Positions 24,381 through 38,700 are shown, counted from the first letter of the stretch. The stretch is DNA of 64,000 nucleotides from Antedon mediterranea (GCF_964355755.1 NC_092670.1:40784388-40848387); one strand, 5' to 3'. Notes: generated by a model from the letters alone, not told the origin. A program made the numbers and translations.

Positions 24381-25780
24381 GATGTACTTATAGTTTAGGC
24401 CCATGGAAGATTGATAATGATGTAGTGTGTATGAGATAGAAAAGCATACAAAATATTACTGTTTGTAGTGATTACAGTCATATTTAATAAAATGACTTGA
24501 TACAATCTATTGTAGAAATAATCAAACTTGACCAGATATCAATTTCAATATAAAATATATTTGTTTGTCTTCTACTTTGATTTTTTAACCTTAAACCTAG
24601 CTTGGTATTTTCTTGTTATTCACATGATTAGCGTTAATGTCACATCTGTGACAATCCATCTTCCTTTATTTGTCAATTTTCCCAGGAGCCCTCTAATTTA
24701 TCATCATATTTGTCGTTGCTTGTTTTCCTCTGCTTCATTAATCAACTTTCATCTATTCTATGTTTCCATTGGGAGGGGGGGGGGGGTGGGGATGATTCGA
24801 AAGTTCTCAGACTGTACCATTTATAGAGAGGGGTGTTATATCTCTCTCTTTGAGGAGGGAAGGCTATTTTTAGTTCAACCGGGTAAGCTGCATTCACAAA
24901 CTAACGCCTATATTGTCTTATGTAATTTGAAGCTATCAATGTTTGCAATACAGTGAAAAAAGTTATGAATAAATTCTAAAGCAATTCATGAATTCAATTA
25001 AATAACATTTCTTTATCAAAATGTCAAAATAGAATAGTAGTGGATGGACAGTTAAATATAACTAAGCATTTCAAACTCTAGGGACGTAAAAAAATTTGTT
25101 AAATTCCATGCGTGAAACAAAAGATGAGTAAATTGGATTACTATAATCCATGTAGTTATTGATATACCATCATGCAACGTTGCACACGCATGATTTATTG
25201 TATTGAATTCTCATGATAAAAGGGGAATCAACCACAACAAGAAATCAATTCTTAAATTATGTAAATTTAATGGGTGTAATATTAGGCGAGCAATGATATA
25301 ATTGTAAATTGCAATTCTGAATGATTAATGAACAAACACATTAAATAATTTGCATATAAATAGCTTTTCACAAAGGCATTTAAAATTGATAACTTTGATT
25401 ACCATATTGATGAAGATAGTGAAGACGGTGTGGCCCACCCTCTAAAAAAAACCTTTAAAAAAAGCAATAATTAGGTTTAAACACACTACAGTTTGATCTT
25501 CAGAGATTCCCCCTTTCATTTCTTTTTTGTACTATGATTATTTATGTATGTTTATGATTATGTGAATAGAAATAATGAAAGAGACCAATCGAAAGTCTCA
25601 CCCCAAAAATTAATTCTGAAATGTACAGGGGGTAAACAGGTTCCCATAGCAACACTTAAATGTTTGATGATACAATAACAAAATAATGTAAGCTAAAAGA
25701 GCTTAAAAAGAAAAAATTTCTTAAAATGAATGAAAAGCAAAGTAAACTTAATTGCAATTTGAATTGTGTATGTTATGTAT

Positions 25781-26083
25781 TTATTACAATGATATCACAC
25801 TGCCTTTATTACAATGATATCACACTGCCTTTATTACAATGATATCACACTGCCTTTATTACAATGATATCACACTGCCTTTATTACAATGATATCACAC
25901 TGCCTTTATTACAATGATATCACACTGCCTTTATTACAATGATATCACACTGCCTTTATTACAATGATATCACACTGCCTTTATTACAATGATATCACAC
26001 TGCCTTTATTACAATGATATCACACTGCCTTTATTACAATGATATCACACTGCCTTTATTACAATGATATCACACTGCCTTTA
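25781..26083. repeat. 25-bp minisatellite x12
   Basis: Perfect unit TTATTACAATGATATCACACTGCCT. Confidence 0.97.
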
Positions 26084-26831
26084 CAAGATCAGATATACAC
26101 AATTTGTTGTTTGCTGCCCTCTGGACTGAGCTGACATAAAACTTCATGTGAGCATTAGTGATAAATGTCAATATGTTTCAATGTACTAGAAATGACACGC
26201 CGCCATTATAATTAGGATTTAATATTTCATTCATGATCTATGTCTAATCTCACTAGGGTATACATATAATGTTTTAATACACAGTATTATTGACTCTCTC
26301 ATCCATGACTTTAATCATAACTTCAACCTATTTTCACACATTCATATTGTATATAATTGATGCCAATTTTATACTTTTTAAAAAATTAAAAAATTACTTC
26401 CATTTATTGCCATTTGCATATAAAATATACATAAATTATGTTGCTCTGAGATATACAAAAACAGATAAATGAAAAACTAACAAAAACAATTACAAACGGT
26501 CATGTCACTCTCATACGGTATACTGACAAGTATTCAGTGCCCGAAAACCTATAGTTCATTCCTATTTAATTAAGAATCTTTTTTATCATTTAAAATTTAT
26601 TTATTTTATCTTTATTTAAGAAAGGCTTTCTAAGTTTTCTGGTGACATCCGTGGGAGAACTGAAGTAATAATTATTTCTCTGCTTTTTGTACTTATTGTT
26701 TGGTTTGTGTATTTATTTTTATCATATCTGTAATTCTCTGTCATTTGATGCTAAAACTAGTAACAATTAATTCATTTGTCACATGATACTATATACATTT
26801 ATTTCTTGTGTATTAAAATTTTGTTTTCAAA

Positions 26832-26950
26832 AGCTCTGTCTACACTATCAAACTAGTTTGACAAAAAAAGTGTGATGGACACAAATATGGTAGTGATGTG
26901 CCTAAATATGGCAGTGATATGACATAAAGTTTGATATTGTACACGGAGCT
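26832..26950. mobile_element. MITE family A copy
   Basis: AGCTCTGTCTACACTATCAAACT ... AGTTTGATATTGTACACGGAGCT. Confidence 0.8.
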
Positions 26951-27387
26951 TAACAACATTTGAATGTAGAAATGTAATTAAGAATAGTCTTAATGATAAT
27001 TCCTTTTTGTCAAGTAAATCACATCAATTTATTCACATTTCTGTTGGGTTCTCTCTTGTGTACTATTACACAATATTAATAGAGCTTAAGCATCAAAGCG
27101 TTTGTGACAGTTAAAAACTTGCAATGCATGACAAACATATTCTATTATTTTGGTGTAGCATTTGGTTAATGGTCCATGCAACTAGTAAATTTTAAAAGTG
27201 TCATTTTTGTTATTTTGTTTTATTTGAGGTTGAATTACAGTAACTTTAAAAATGAATAAAAGAGAGATTCTCAGAAACGTCATGGAACTATTTGTAAGAT
27301 AGAATAAATTAACAAATAATATTACTGTACATGCTGTATAGCTTTTTGTTGTTTATTATATAGATACTTGGCATTTATCATAATTAT

Positions 27388-27640
27388 GTGAGGACGTGTG
27401 ACGCAGTGTGTTGGACTTTGGATTACTGATCATGAGATCGTTGTTCGAATCCAACTCTCGCCGCTTTGCTTGTATCCTTAGGCAAGATACTTTACTTACG
27501 TTTGCCCCTCTGCACCTAGGTGTATAAATGAGTACTCGGTTAGATCAAGACACAACTTTGCGCTGATTATTAGCTGCATTATGGGAGTATGTTTCCATAC
27601 AAGTTTGATCCAAAAAATGACCAGGGTAATGCTATAGAAG
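27388..27640 (+). mobile_element. tRNA-derived CORE/Meta-type SINE
   Basis: tRNA-like head with B-box GTTCGAATCC, then TGTATCCTTAGGCAAGATACTTTAC...CCTAGGTGTATAAATGAGTAC. Confidence 0.7.
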
Positions 27641-28174
27641 TGTGGCATTTATTTGGTTACTATTGCATATAATATAACCAGGAATAAGGTGAAAGCTGAA
27701 CAAGGTTATACACACATTCCACATTACAGTAAAAACAATATAAAGCAAAACAATACATAATACATATTTTGAAATAAGTCATTAATGATATAGATAAATT
27801 TGCAAAATGTTTCATAAACAACAACGTATGGTTATTTTCATTCTAAGAGAATGAGGGGGAGAGAAAAACATTTAAATATTGAAAACAACAACGTAGACTG
27901 GCTGTCAAATGTTGTATCACTTTTAATCTATATGATTCAACTTTACATATACCCACAACATTAAGTACTTCTCAATTTATGGCAGTAATTTATTATGACA
28001 TTAAAAAAAGTTGTTTTTCAAACAAAACAAATCGATCATTTAGCAATATCTTGACAGGTATGGTTATATAACACTAGTCCTTTTATAATGAGAAAAACTA
28101 TCCATATCAAATTAAAAGTGGCCAGAGACCAGGAGCAGATTCAGAGGGAACACATTTAGAGGTGAACACATTTA

Positions 28175-28290
28175 AGCTCTGTCTACACTATCAAACTAAT
28201 TTGATCAAAAAAAGTGTGATGTGCCCAAATATGGTAGTGACATGCCCAAATATGGTAGTGATATGACATCATCATGTCCATATATTGGCA
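28175..28290. mobile_element. MITE family A, left part
   Basis: AGCTCTGTCTACACTATCAAACT plus internal GTGATGTGCCCAAATATGGTA subrepeats. Right TIR missing. Confidence 0.75.
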
Positions 28291-29962
28291 CCCATTTTGT
28301 ATAGAACACAAAGACAATTATTGTTTTTATTACAAGCAGGAACACAAAAGACCAAAATTAGAAATTAAATTAAAATCAAAAATAGAATTGATACACTAAT
28401 GAAAACGATTAAATTATTGTTTCTTATAAATATTCTTATAACCATATATTGATTACTTTTCATAAACAAATGATCCATATTTTATGGATGATAGCCCTAC
28501 GCAATGCATAGTATTAAAAGACCATCCAGCAAGCATGACCCAATTTCATATTTAAGTCGGTGAAGTCAGATGCTTAGATGGAATACTACGCAGGATGAAG
28601 AGCAAAACTCAAATCCAGACTTTGATAAAAACGGTCTTAAAATTCAAAGTCATGTACAACCATGCCTATTTAGTATTTATGTCACCGCTATGTGTAGTAA
28701 AATACAGAACTAATACTGTATAGCCGTGTACAGCAATTTACAGTACCCACGAGAGTGCGGCAAATACGCTTAAAATCGTAGGCTAGTTTCAATTAAGTAT
28801 ATACTTTGTGTGTGCATACGTAACTCAGAATCTAAGTTTGTTCACTTAGGAATAGTAGTTGAATTGATTTCTATTCTAAAACATCTTGTACCTCTAGGCA
28901 ATATTATGTGTGAAGACGATTGAATACAAAAATGTATTATATATTCAGTTTTTACAATTCTTATTTCTACAAGGAATAGAAATATCGAAAGAGTTAATAT
29001 ATATTAAGTGACAGAAATTAATATATATTTTATTCTTATTGAGAATTTCACAATTTATTGTGTCCGTTCTTTGTATTCATATGTGCAATTTGCCTATATA
29101 TATTATTAATTATTTTTGTACTGCAATTCAGAGTTGTTTTATGTTGCAATGTCTATTTTTTGTATATGATTAAATGAATAAAGACACCGAATATATAATG
29201 TCATCAAAAGACTTGATAATGATAGTAAATCTTTCTAGTTTGTTTGAGCCAATCCAAGTTTGACATACATGTCATGCAAGACAGTATGTTCTATATGAAT
29301 ACAACATTGACACTTCAATTCATCCTGTTCAAATATAGCCCACTAATGATCTAAGCACGCTTCAGAATGTATAGTATGTGATCATGCAATTATTTGGGGA
29401 TCAATTTCTACTGAGAATTTAAATAATTACAAATAGCACTGGACCTTTGCTGACTAACATTTTAGTACTGAAATTAAGAAGGCGATCAGCCAATACTTAA
29501 TGCAATCAGGGGCAGTGGATCCAGGATGCTGAGATAGGAAGACCTATAGGGGATAAAGGGTCCTGTCAGACATCAAGCATTTTATTACCTTTCTTTAAAA
29601 AGTGGGGGAGGGAGCCAATGGCAGGGATAACTAGTACTATATGGAATGTGTATGTAAATTCAGCATAATTACTGACGTTGTACGGTAATTGAGTTAAATA
29701 TTATTGAAACACATAAAAACTATGCAAAATTATACTTTAAATTATGGCAAACCCTCCAGCAAAACATATAATAATAATTATGCACAAATCAACGATTAAT
29801 AAATTTAATTTAATTATACATAGCAAGTAGAGAACTCTGGATATGGCAACATTTTACATACAGTATTATAAATTTTAGGAAATTTGGTGAGTTTATCCCA
29901 GGGTGGGATTATATCCGCATCCATATTATATCATTGTTTAATGACGTACAGTACATGGTCAT

Positions 29963-30640
29963 TTACCTCCGCCAAGGAGGTATATGTAATCGGTAGCGTG
30001 TGTTTGTTTGTTTGTTTGTTAGCAGGATTACTCAAAAAGTAATTACAAGATCTTTACCAAAATCAATAGACAGATAGATATGTGGTCAAGGACCATTCCA
30101 TTAAATTTTGGGACCATTTGGGACCACAGTCCCAATTCTGGACCACTTTTTAGTATACTTTTTTAGACCTGCTAGTGTTAAAAAATAGGACAGAATTTTT
30201 CAAAAGCCGGCGAGCAGTCTTAAAGTAACAAGTAAACTGAAATTGCATTTTCTCGAGAACTACTTGTCCAAAAAACTTCATTTTTTAACAAGAGGCAAGA
30301 GTTATAATTTGTGATTTGTAATTTTAAAACATAATTTGATTTAATGTGCACGTTTTTTTATGCGAGTAGTTTAAAAAACCTATTTCTTTTCAAATTCACT
30401 CGTTTGATTTTCGCGTTGCTGTTCTATTGTTAGTCAACTGAAGCTATTGTTAATTGAAAGGCTTGTTACATAACCATTACACCACACTCGCGTACACATG
30501 CTTGTAATGAAATTAGCCTAAATCACAAACAGCATTAAGAAACACACAAATATATATATTTTTTTTTTTTACCGGAGAAATCTTATGTAGGAGAATTTTA
30601 CAGTAGGCGGAGGTATGCCCTCTCGGAGTGGCTTTCTAGT
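29963..30640 (+). mobile_element. Helentron-associated non-autonomous element (HINE), 678 bp
   Basis: Subterminal IR TACCTCCGCC / GGCGGAGGTA, (TTTG)n microsatellite near the 5' end, 3' hairpin GCCCTCTCGGAGTGGC then TTTCTAGT. Inserted in a T-run without TSD; the empty site is visible at about 30782-30796. Confidence 0.85.
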
Positions 30641-32496
30641 TTAATTAGTACTTGATTTTTAGATTTCCTCAAGGTACATCCAAATCAATCAATATAAATG
30701 TTAGGAGTTTGATGGATTTATCCCAGGGTGGGCTTATATCCGCATCCATATTATATCGTTGTTTAATGACGTACAGTACATGGTCATTTAATTAGTAATT
30801 GATTTTTAGATTTCCTCAAGGTACATCCAAATCAATGATTGTTAATTAAGTTATACTCAGAAGTGGTAATTCACTTTTCTGCTACTTTTAAAGCAATTAC
30901 CTAATATACCACATACAGCAACATCAATGTTAATTTTCCAGAAATTATTGACACATACAGCTGCGTGAATAAAAAATAAGCCACTTTATTTGAAATTCAC
31001 CTTTTTTACGACATGAATATACGTAAGGCCGTTAAAGAGATAATAGTTAGGTGAATACATTTAATAACTTTCATAAGGTTCATTCAGATGGTTCATTTCA
31101 GATGTCAGACCGTTCCTATTCTCTTTATCAGTATCTGACAATCTGCTTTTCAAAGATTTATAATAATTTTACAAATAATATTTACCAATTTTACACGAAT
31201 CACATTTAAATATTATTATGTTGTATGAATTTATCTTTGTTTTGTTATTGTAAACATCATATTGTTAATTGATGTCATTTATTATATTTGTATTTATTTT
31301 TTATATATTAATTATATTGTCGGGGTCCTCGCAAGATTAGCATTATCTACCATCTAGGAACCAGTTAATTTATATTTAACTGAACACAGCAGTTTTTATG
31401 ATACAGTAATGGCTACATCTCATTGCCAATGATTTTCCAAATTACTTAATTTCAATCTTTTATTTCAGAATCTCTGGTGAATAGAAAGTACATAATTACA
31501 ACAAAAACAAAACAATGTATAATTTTAAATAAAATCCTTTAGTTTCTTAGTACTAATTTACTAATCTTAAACACATCCTAGCTGAGTTTCATTAATGCTA
31601 ATTTCACCAGCTTAATTTTAATTTCTATGATTGATAATCAGGTATGAAGATGATTTGACGTCATATGTGTTTACAAATTTAGTGTTTTATGTCATCAGGC
31701 CTGCAATTAAGTGAAAATATCTGTAGGTAAAGTACTTTAAAGTGGTCTAGAATATGTTACTTGATACGGTCTTGTACACGCTAACATTTCTCTGTCAGTT
31801 GGAGGTAAGCTTCTGACTTAAAAGACAATGTATGGTATCAAAAAAGCTGCATATACCATTTTTAGATATATTTTCTTCTTTAAAAACCATTCTAACTTTG
31901 TTGTCTGAAAAGTGTATTTTAGCAATGTTATCATCCCTACTGTATATACAGACCCTGCTGTTTTCCATTGAAAGTACATTACGTATTTGAATAACTAGTC
32001 CCCCAGATCTGCTTGACTCGTACCCTATAAGAAGGACAGACAGACAAACAGACAGAGAGAGGAATAATCATAAATCAAACCTACTGTACATACTTAACAA
32101 CCTATTCAATATCAAATGTTTATTTAAATTTGCAAGGTTTTTTTTGCAAGTAATAAATGAACCATAAAAGCTATTACTTTGTATTTTACGAGTTAATAAA
32201 AGTCTTTAAAAATACTAAAAAGTGATAGAAAGTACATTGTGCATTTTACATTTCCTATCATGTATGTATAGGATTCTGTTTTTGACATCTGTAATGGATT
32301 TCATTAATTAAATCATCTTGATTGCATCCTGTTTACAGGTAATACATTGTATGTATTCTTTTAGGGACCAAAATGAGTTTCAGGGCCAGCTGCTTCTATA
32401 TTGAGCAGAAAATAATGGTTTTGAATATCGTTCTTTTTAAAAACGATTTTTTCTTTTACAATGTCCTCCTCTATTTTAAAAAGTTGTTGTTGTAGT

Positions 32497-32650
32497 GGAG
32501 CTGTAGCTTAGTGGTTAACATGCAACATGCTTGTCTTCCAATCCCAAAAAAGTTCAATCCTGACCTAGTGCCAGAGTTGTAACTCACAACTCTTTGCTAA
32601 GCTTCAAATGAAATTCAAATAAGCATGATAAATTATAAAATAGTTTATCC
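32497..32650 (+). mobile_element. tRNA-derived SINE copy
   Basis: A-box TAGCTTAGTGG, B-box GTTCAATCC, body GTTGTAACTCACAACTCTTT shared with the 41020 copy. Confidence 0.7.
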
Positions 32651-33096
32651 ATCGAGTGATTGATTATGAGACAGAGAGAAATTTGTAAAAATTAATTTTA
32701 AAAATCCTGGATCTGTCAACATTGAGCAGTTCATTATCTGTACCTTAAAACTAAGAAATGAACTTGGAGTTAAGTACTGTCTTTGCACCAACAGTATTCC
32801 TACAATGCTTACTTGTAGTATGTAATACTTACAATACATTTGAGGTAATTGATGGAGTTGACCTACTTATACAGATAGATCACAAAACAGCTGAAGGTGT
32901 AATAATTCAAACAAAAATATGGATTTTTAATTTCCATTTAAATACAGTAGGTAATGTTCAATCACTAATGATTAAAGACCCCCTCTCATGACCCACTTAC
33001 TGACCCACTTTCACATCCAATCCATATCTCAACCTATTTCTCACATCTCAACCATTTTGTTCTTGATCATCGCACTTGCTAATTACTAAAGTATAA

Positions 33097-33355
33097 AGCT
33101 CTGTCTACACTTTCAAACTAGTTTGATAAAAAAAAAGTGTGATGTGCCCATACAATTAATACAATTAATGCTCATTTCACCAGCTTAATTTTAATTTCTA
33201 TGATTGATAATCAGGTATGAAGATGATTTGACGTGTGATATGCCCATACTTATTATGGTAGTGATCTGGCCAAATATGGTAGTGATATGACATCATCATG
33301 TCCATATATGGGCAGATGTTTTTGTCACATAAACTTTGATAGTGTAGACAGAGCT
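33097..33355. mobile_element. MITE family A copy carrying a captured 71-bp local fragment
   Basis: Both TIRs present; 33164-33234 duplicates 31591-31661. Confidence 0.85.
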
Positions 33356-33661
33356 AAAGGCATTGCACTCTGACTGAATGAAATATTGAATATAAAATTA
33401 AGTCTCGATGAACATGAAATATTGATTAAATATACTAATTAATAATGAATGTAAAGCTGAAGCTAACATGTGTATATTAATACATGCATTTTATGTTATC
33501 ATCATTGGATACTGGAGGCTGTACAAGAAAATAAATATCATATGAATAACTCTGATGTATATTCAATAATACAGCAGAGGTGGTAACTTAATAAACTATG
33601 TTGTGAAGCCAAATATCTATACATACTGAGTTGATATAATGTATCAGTCACATTGTCCTAA

Positions 33662-33800
33662 AGCTCTGTCTACACTATCAATCTCTGTGACAAAAACATG
33701 TGACGTGCCCATATATGGACGTGATGATGTCATATCACTACCATTGGGCATATCACTACCATATTTGGGCACATCACACTTGTTTTTGTCAAACTAGTTT
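33662..33800. mobile_element. MITE family A copy (one TIR)
   Basis: AGCTCTGTCTACACTATCAA plus internal subrepeats. Confidence 0.75.
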
Positions 33801-35784
33801 GGCATGTTGCTTTATAAAAATATGAAAAAACTGGTTGCCAAGGTTCTAAGGTTCATATCTCTTAATGGTTCACTTGATTTTATTGTACATTGAGTTTTAA
33901 TATAGGTATATTATTTCTTTGTATTATTTATTTTCTCATACAACAGCTAATTTGAAGTGGAACCATGGGAATATACAATAAATGAAATTTATGTTGTTAA
34001 TTAATAACTTAATCACTTGTAAAATATTATCTGAATATAAAATTAATATAGTAATTCTATGAAAACAGGGATATTAATATAACATACATATGTTTTCTTA
34101 AGAAACATGACAAATAATACTGTAATTAAAAATTCTTACAAAAATTGTAGTTACAGTATTCATTATGAAAAGAAATAAGAACATAAATCATCTGAATAAA
34201 AAATATATTAATTCTTTGATTTGAGAATTATACATTTTGTGCTAATCACTAATATTTGACGCATGTCATTAAAATGAATGTATATATTACAGTTGATGAA
34301 TAGGATAATGTCTGCTATTAAACTGTCAATCATGTTGCCATGCAATACCGTAATTGTTTGATCCTTCATTTTAACAAATTATTATTTTATTTTATATTAG
34401 CTTAAACGACCAAAAAAATACATTATTTTCCCCAATTTCCACTAAATTGTATTTTCAGTCTCATACCATTGTTTGTTTTTCTAATTCTTTGGAATCAATA
34501 ATAAATTATTATTTTATTATTATACAAAAAATGTACTTACAGATTGTCCAATTTGCAATGTGATAAATTGTAACACTGAATGAGAATATTTCCAAATAAT
34601 AATTTAAAAGAATGTATTGAAGAAAAACTGGTAGAATAAAATAATGTTAGATCGTCGTTCTGCAATGATGGATGTAATGATTTGGTTGCAAAATTGTTCT
34701 TGAAAATCACTCTCCATTATGGTTGCCATGACGAGGCTTTACACAGACTGCTAACAGATAGTCTTCATATTGTATCAAAATGATATGCTGATCAACTTAT
34801 AGCCTGTAGGGGCTTTTCCTAGCCTTCAATCTATTAATGAGAACTTCTATCAGCCTCTGATTTTTATTGCTGTACTAATTTGGAGGACGTGTGAATTGCG
34901 CAATGACACATGTAGATATCCGTACCAAATTCATTCTCACCTTAATCTCGTAAAATCAATTTGTTGAGATGATGCGAGGAGAGAGAGATTAAGTGTAGAA
35001 GATGAGGAAAAGAAGATGATGATTGATTGAGGTCATTGAAAAGGAAAACAAAACCATGGTTACAGAGGACAGATCAACCATTTTGTTTGACTTTGCAATA
35101 AATTTATTCAGAATTTTAGTGTGTTATGTTTGTATTTGCTCTGATCCATCTTTTTCATTGTTAACCTTTTGTTCAGTAAATCTAAATTAGAAATACATCG
35201 GTAAAAAACGCCAGAGGCCGTTGCCCCTTGACTAAACAGAATGTTCTGAAAATTGTTGTATTTAGAGACGGTGGTACATTTTAAGCAAATATTTAATTTA
35301 ATATTTTTGTCATCTGTCCCTGCTGCTTAAATTCTCAACAATAATTTGATATTAGAAGAACAAAATGTAGGCTGTGCAAATTTAATAAAACTATATTACA
35401 TTAGAGTTAAGGTGTTTTATTTTAAATGACTTTATGTACTATCCTGTACATCCTTTTTTGCATAATTTTATTTCCGCCTTAATAATTTTTTAATTGATAT
35501 TTTTTTAATTTTTAAGATGTTTACATATTATTTTTTCTTGATGGTTTATATTTATATTGATTAATGATATGCCAAATGAATGAAATGAAATAAAAAAAAT
35601 ATTTTGAAATGTGATCTTGTGAGTTGGTAAAGATAATTACTTTGGAAACACCAAATAAAACAATTAGCCTACTAACTTGTCTTTATGGATAATTTTTCTC
35701 AGAAAGGTAGATTATCAAGACTCTGTAATTGTTTGGGATATAGAATGGATATGACAACTTCATATCCCAAACAAAATTATGATA

Positions 35785-35995
35785 AAAGGTACATAAACAT
35801 CAGGTGAGGTCAAATATTAATAGCACAATCATCAAGCCAAAGATCAAAGGTACACACATCAGGTCAAAGTTCAAAGGTACATAAACATCAGGTCAAAGAT
35901 CAAAGGTACAAACATCAGGTCGTAGATCAATGGTACAATCATCAGATCAAAGATACAAAATCAGGTCGAAGATCAAAGGTACAATCAGGTCAAAG
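35785..35995. repeat. Degenerate short-unit repeat (ATCAGGTCAAAGATCAAAGGTACA)
   Basis: About 7 imperfect units. Confidence 0.75.
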
Positions 35996-36264
35996 TGTAA
36001 AACATATTTTAATATGCTTTGCTTTGTGAGAATCTGTACAGATGCTGTATCTTTACATAGCTTTCCAATCACATTGTCCATAATAGTGTACCAAGCCAAT
36101 TAACAACCAAATGAAATATCAAAGTATGAAATAGGATACGCTGTGTGAAATGGACAAAATCAATAATGCATACAGTTTGGTACATTACATCATTTCATCT
36201 TAATATTCTACTTTGTTTATGAAAAATAGTAGACATTAGAGAAAGATCCAGGTGAAATAGGGGG

Positions 36265-36350
36265 AAGGGAAAATGGAAAAAAAGGGAAAATGGACAAAAA
36301 GGGAAAATGTACAAAAAGGGAAAATGGACAAAAAGAGAAAATGGACAAAA
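36265..36350. repeat. About 17-bp purine-rich repeat (AAAAAGGGAAAATGGAC)
   Basis: 4-5 imperfect copies. Confidence 0.75.
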
Positions 36351-38285
36351 TTAATAATGCATACTGTAAAGTACATCATCATTTCAATTATGTCTTGAGC
36401 ACTATTCCACTTTGTTTATGAAAAATAGTAATCATTACTATTAGTAGAAGATCCAGGATTTTGAAAGATGGGAAGGGAAGGGGAGAGGAGAGAAAGGGAG
36501 GGCCTGAACATTGTGTAATGAGGTGCTCAACTGAACACAATTAAGTGAGGGGAGATTAGTTAGGCTGGAACTTCCAACAAGGGTGCACCTCAGATTTTTG
36601 GGTTTTTTTTTTACAATTTTAACCCCCCCCCCCCCCCCAGGCAGCAAAAAACAGAATTGTAAAATGAATGTATGCTGCTCACCACCTGATGTAGTGTACA
36701 TTGATTATTGATTGATTATTTTTCTTGTTACAATGTTAAGTACCATAACATGATTTCAGCTAATTTAACAACATGAAGATGTGTTCTTACTTAATTAAAT
36801 TGATATCGTAGTAAGTAAGTAGATTAAAGAAAGAAACAAGAAATTGGAATAATTAAAAATTGGTGTCTCGTCTGTGTTAGTAAACTTCTAACTAAAGCCT
36901 ACTATACAAATATATTAAAGTGTATTCACAAGCCACTATTTATAGATTGTAATCTTATATGAAATGATTAACAAATACTACTTTAAGAAGCACATTCGTT
37001 TTAAGCTTAACTCAAATGTCATAGTTAACATTAATGTCCATATGCTTTTAATCAAAACACAAGTTATATTAATGTTAATTCAGATTGGCTTTGAACTAAT
37101 TGGTGTTTTCACTTTCTTTTGATTGGTTACACTTTCTTTGAATGAATTACAATTTGAATTAAAAACAAGAAATAAAATGATAATTATAATTTTCTTATGA
37201 TTATCAACCTCCTTAATCATTTTTGGTTGGGTCAACCGGCGCAGCTACTGAGTGATTAAGTTCACTTAGGTTGACCCTGGTCTCCCCAATTTCAGTTTGT
37301 TGTTGTTATGTATATACTCAAATAGACCAAGTAAATAATGAAATGATACATTTTGAGATCTTTTTTTGTATTGATGCCACAGCTGTTGACCTATTGTGTT
37401 TTTAGAAATGACATTTTTTTTTAAATGAATAAAATAAAATGAAAAGCATTAGACATATGGAACTTTAATTAATTTCTTTTTTTTGGATAATACAACATGG
37501 TGTAACTGTAAACTTTAACCATTCATGCACAGCTTTCAGGGATGAAGCCCAGCATTGTGTATGAGGGAAGGTGCATTTCATGCAAAAGGCACAAACAACA
37601 GGATAAAAGTCTGGTTTATGTATTTTAAATTTGTTCAAGCAAAATATATGGTATGGGGGAGCGGGAGGTTGTCTGAGGAACAATGTCTTTTGACTGTGCA
37701 TTTATTGAATGTGCAAAACTCATCCAAACTAATTGTAAAATAATATTTTTGTTATATATATTAAATTGGTATTCTGTTTATAAACACTACAGCACTTAGA
37801 CTACAATTAGCGAAGACTTAATAACAACTTACTTTGAGTAGTACTCCAAAAGAATGGCATTTTAATCATTTCTGTGCAGTAGTCAACAGGGTAAACGACG
37901 GTAAATAAATACAAACGTCCTTCACACTGCGGCAAATATTTGCTTTACGCAAACTGAATCTAAAGTTGCTCTAATAAGAGCAGCAACATTATACAAACAG
38001 GTATTAACAACATTGATATAATAATTTAGGCGCCATACATCTGAAACGTTATAATTGGTATAATATGATTTTAAATAACTGTATTTGACTTTAAAGGGAA
38101 CTACAAATATATCTAAGTGCATTCTGTTTAATAAACAATGTTATGTTGACAACAAATTAATTAATTAAAGGAGTCCATATCCCTGCTAAGTAAAGGATTC
38201 CAAGCTGAACTTAGTATAAACTAAGATGCTATATTAAGCTTTAAGAACATTCTTAATGAGATATTATTATATTAGAATTTTAATT

Positions 38286-38430
38286 TGGAACCAGCTTCCA
38301 CTCCATATCCGTCAATGTAAATCTCTAAAGCAATTCAAGTCACTTTACTTCTAAATTCTCACTTTTTTCAATCATTCTTGTTTGTCTTTTAGCGATGTGA
38401 GACATCGGTAAATAGCGCTTTATAAAAAGT
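38286..38430 (+). mobile_element. L2-type LINE 3' fragment
   Basis: TGGAACCAGCTTCCA... reads WNQLPLHIRQCKSLKQFKSL, then the tail AGCGATGTGAGACATCGGTAAATAGCGCTTTATAAA. Confidence 0.65.
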
Positions 38431-38700
38431 TAGTTATCTCAATTTTTTTGTTGGTACTGTATATATTGTTATCTTAGTATCTACCTGACTCAGCAATTTT
38501 TTTTATCTTTAATGTTTTAATCTTTTTATAATTCTATATTCTATATATTGTTATATCAAATCACAATTAATTGTTGGAATAAAAGAATTTGAAATGTTTC
38601 AAGTTACTGTCACTGATCAGAGTATAAAAATAAATGTTTTAAAAATAAAGTCTTTTGCAATGTAGACCTAAGGATAAAAGAGCTGCTATGTAGGTGTAAG

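Noticed and set aside
24528-24956. 142-aa plus-strand ORF
   Set aside because: Non-ATG start, AT-biased composition, crosses a poly-G run, and has no recognisable motif.
37922-38122. Minus ORF with DVWRL, reminiscent of an L1 endonuclease motif
   Set aside because: No other endonuclease motifs are recognisable; too weak without BLASTX.
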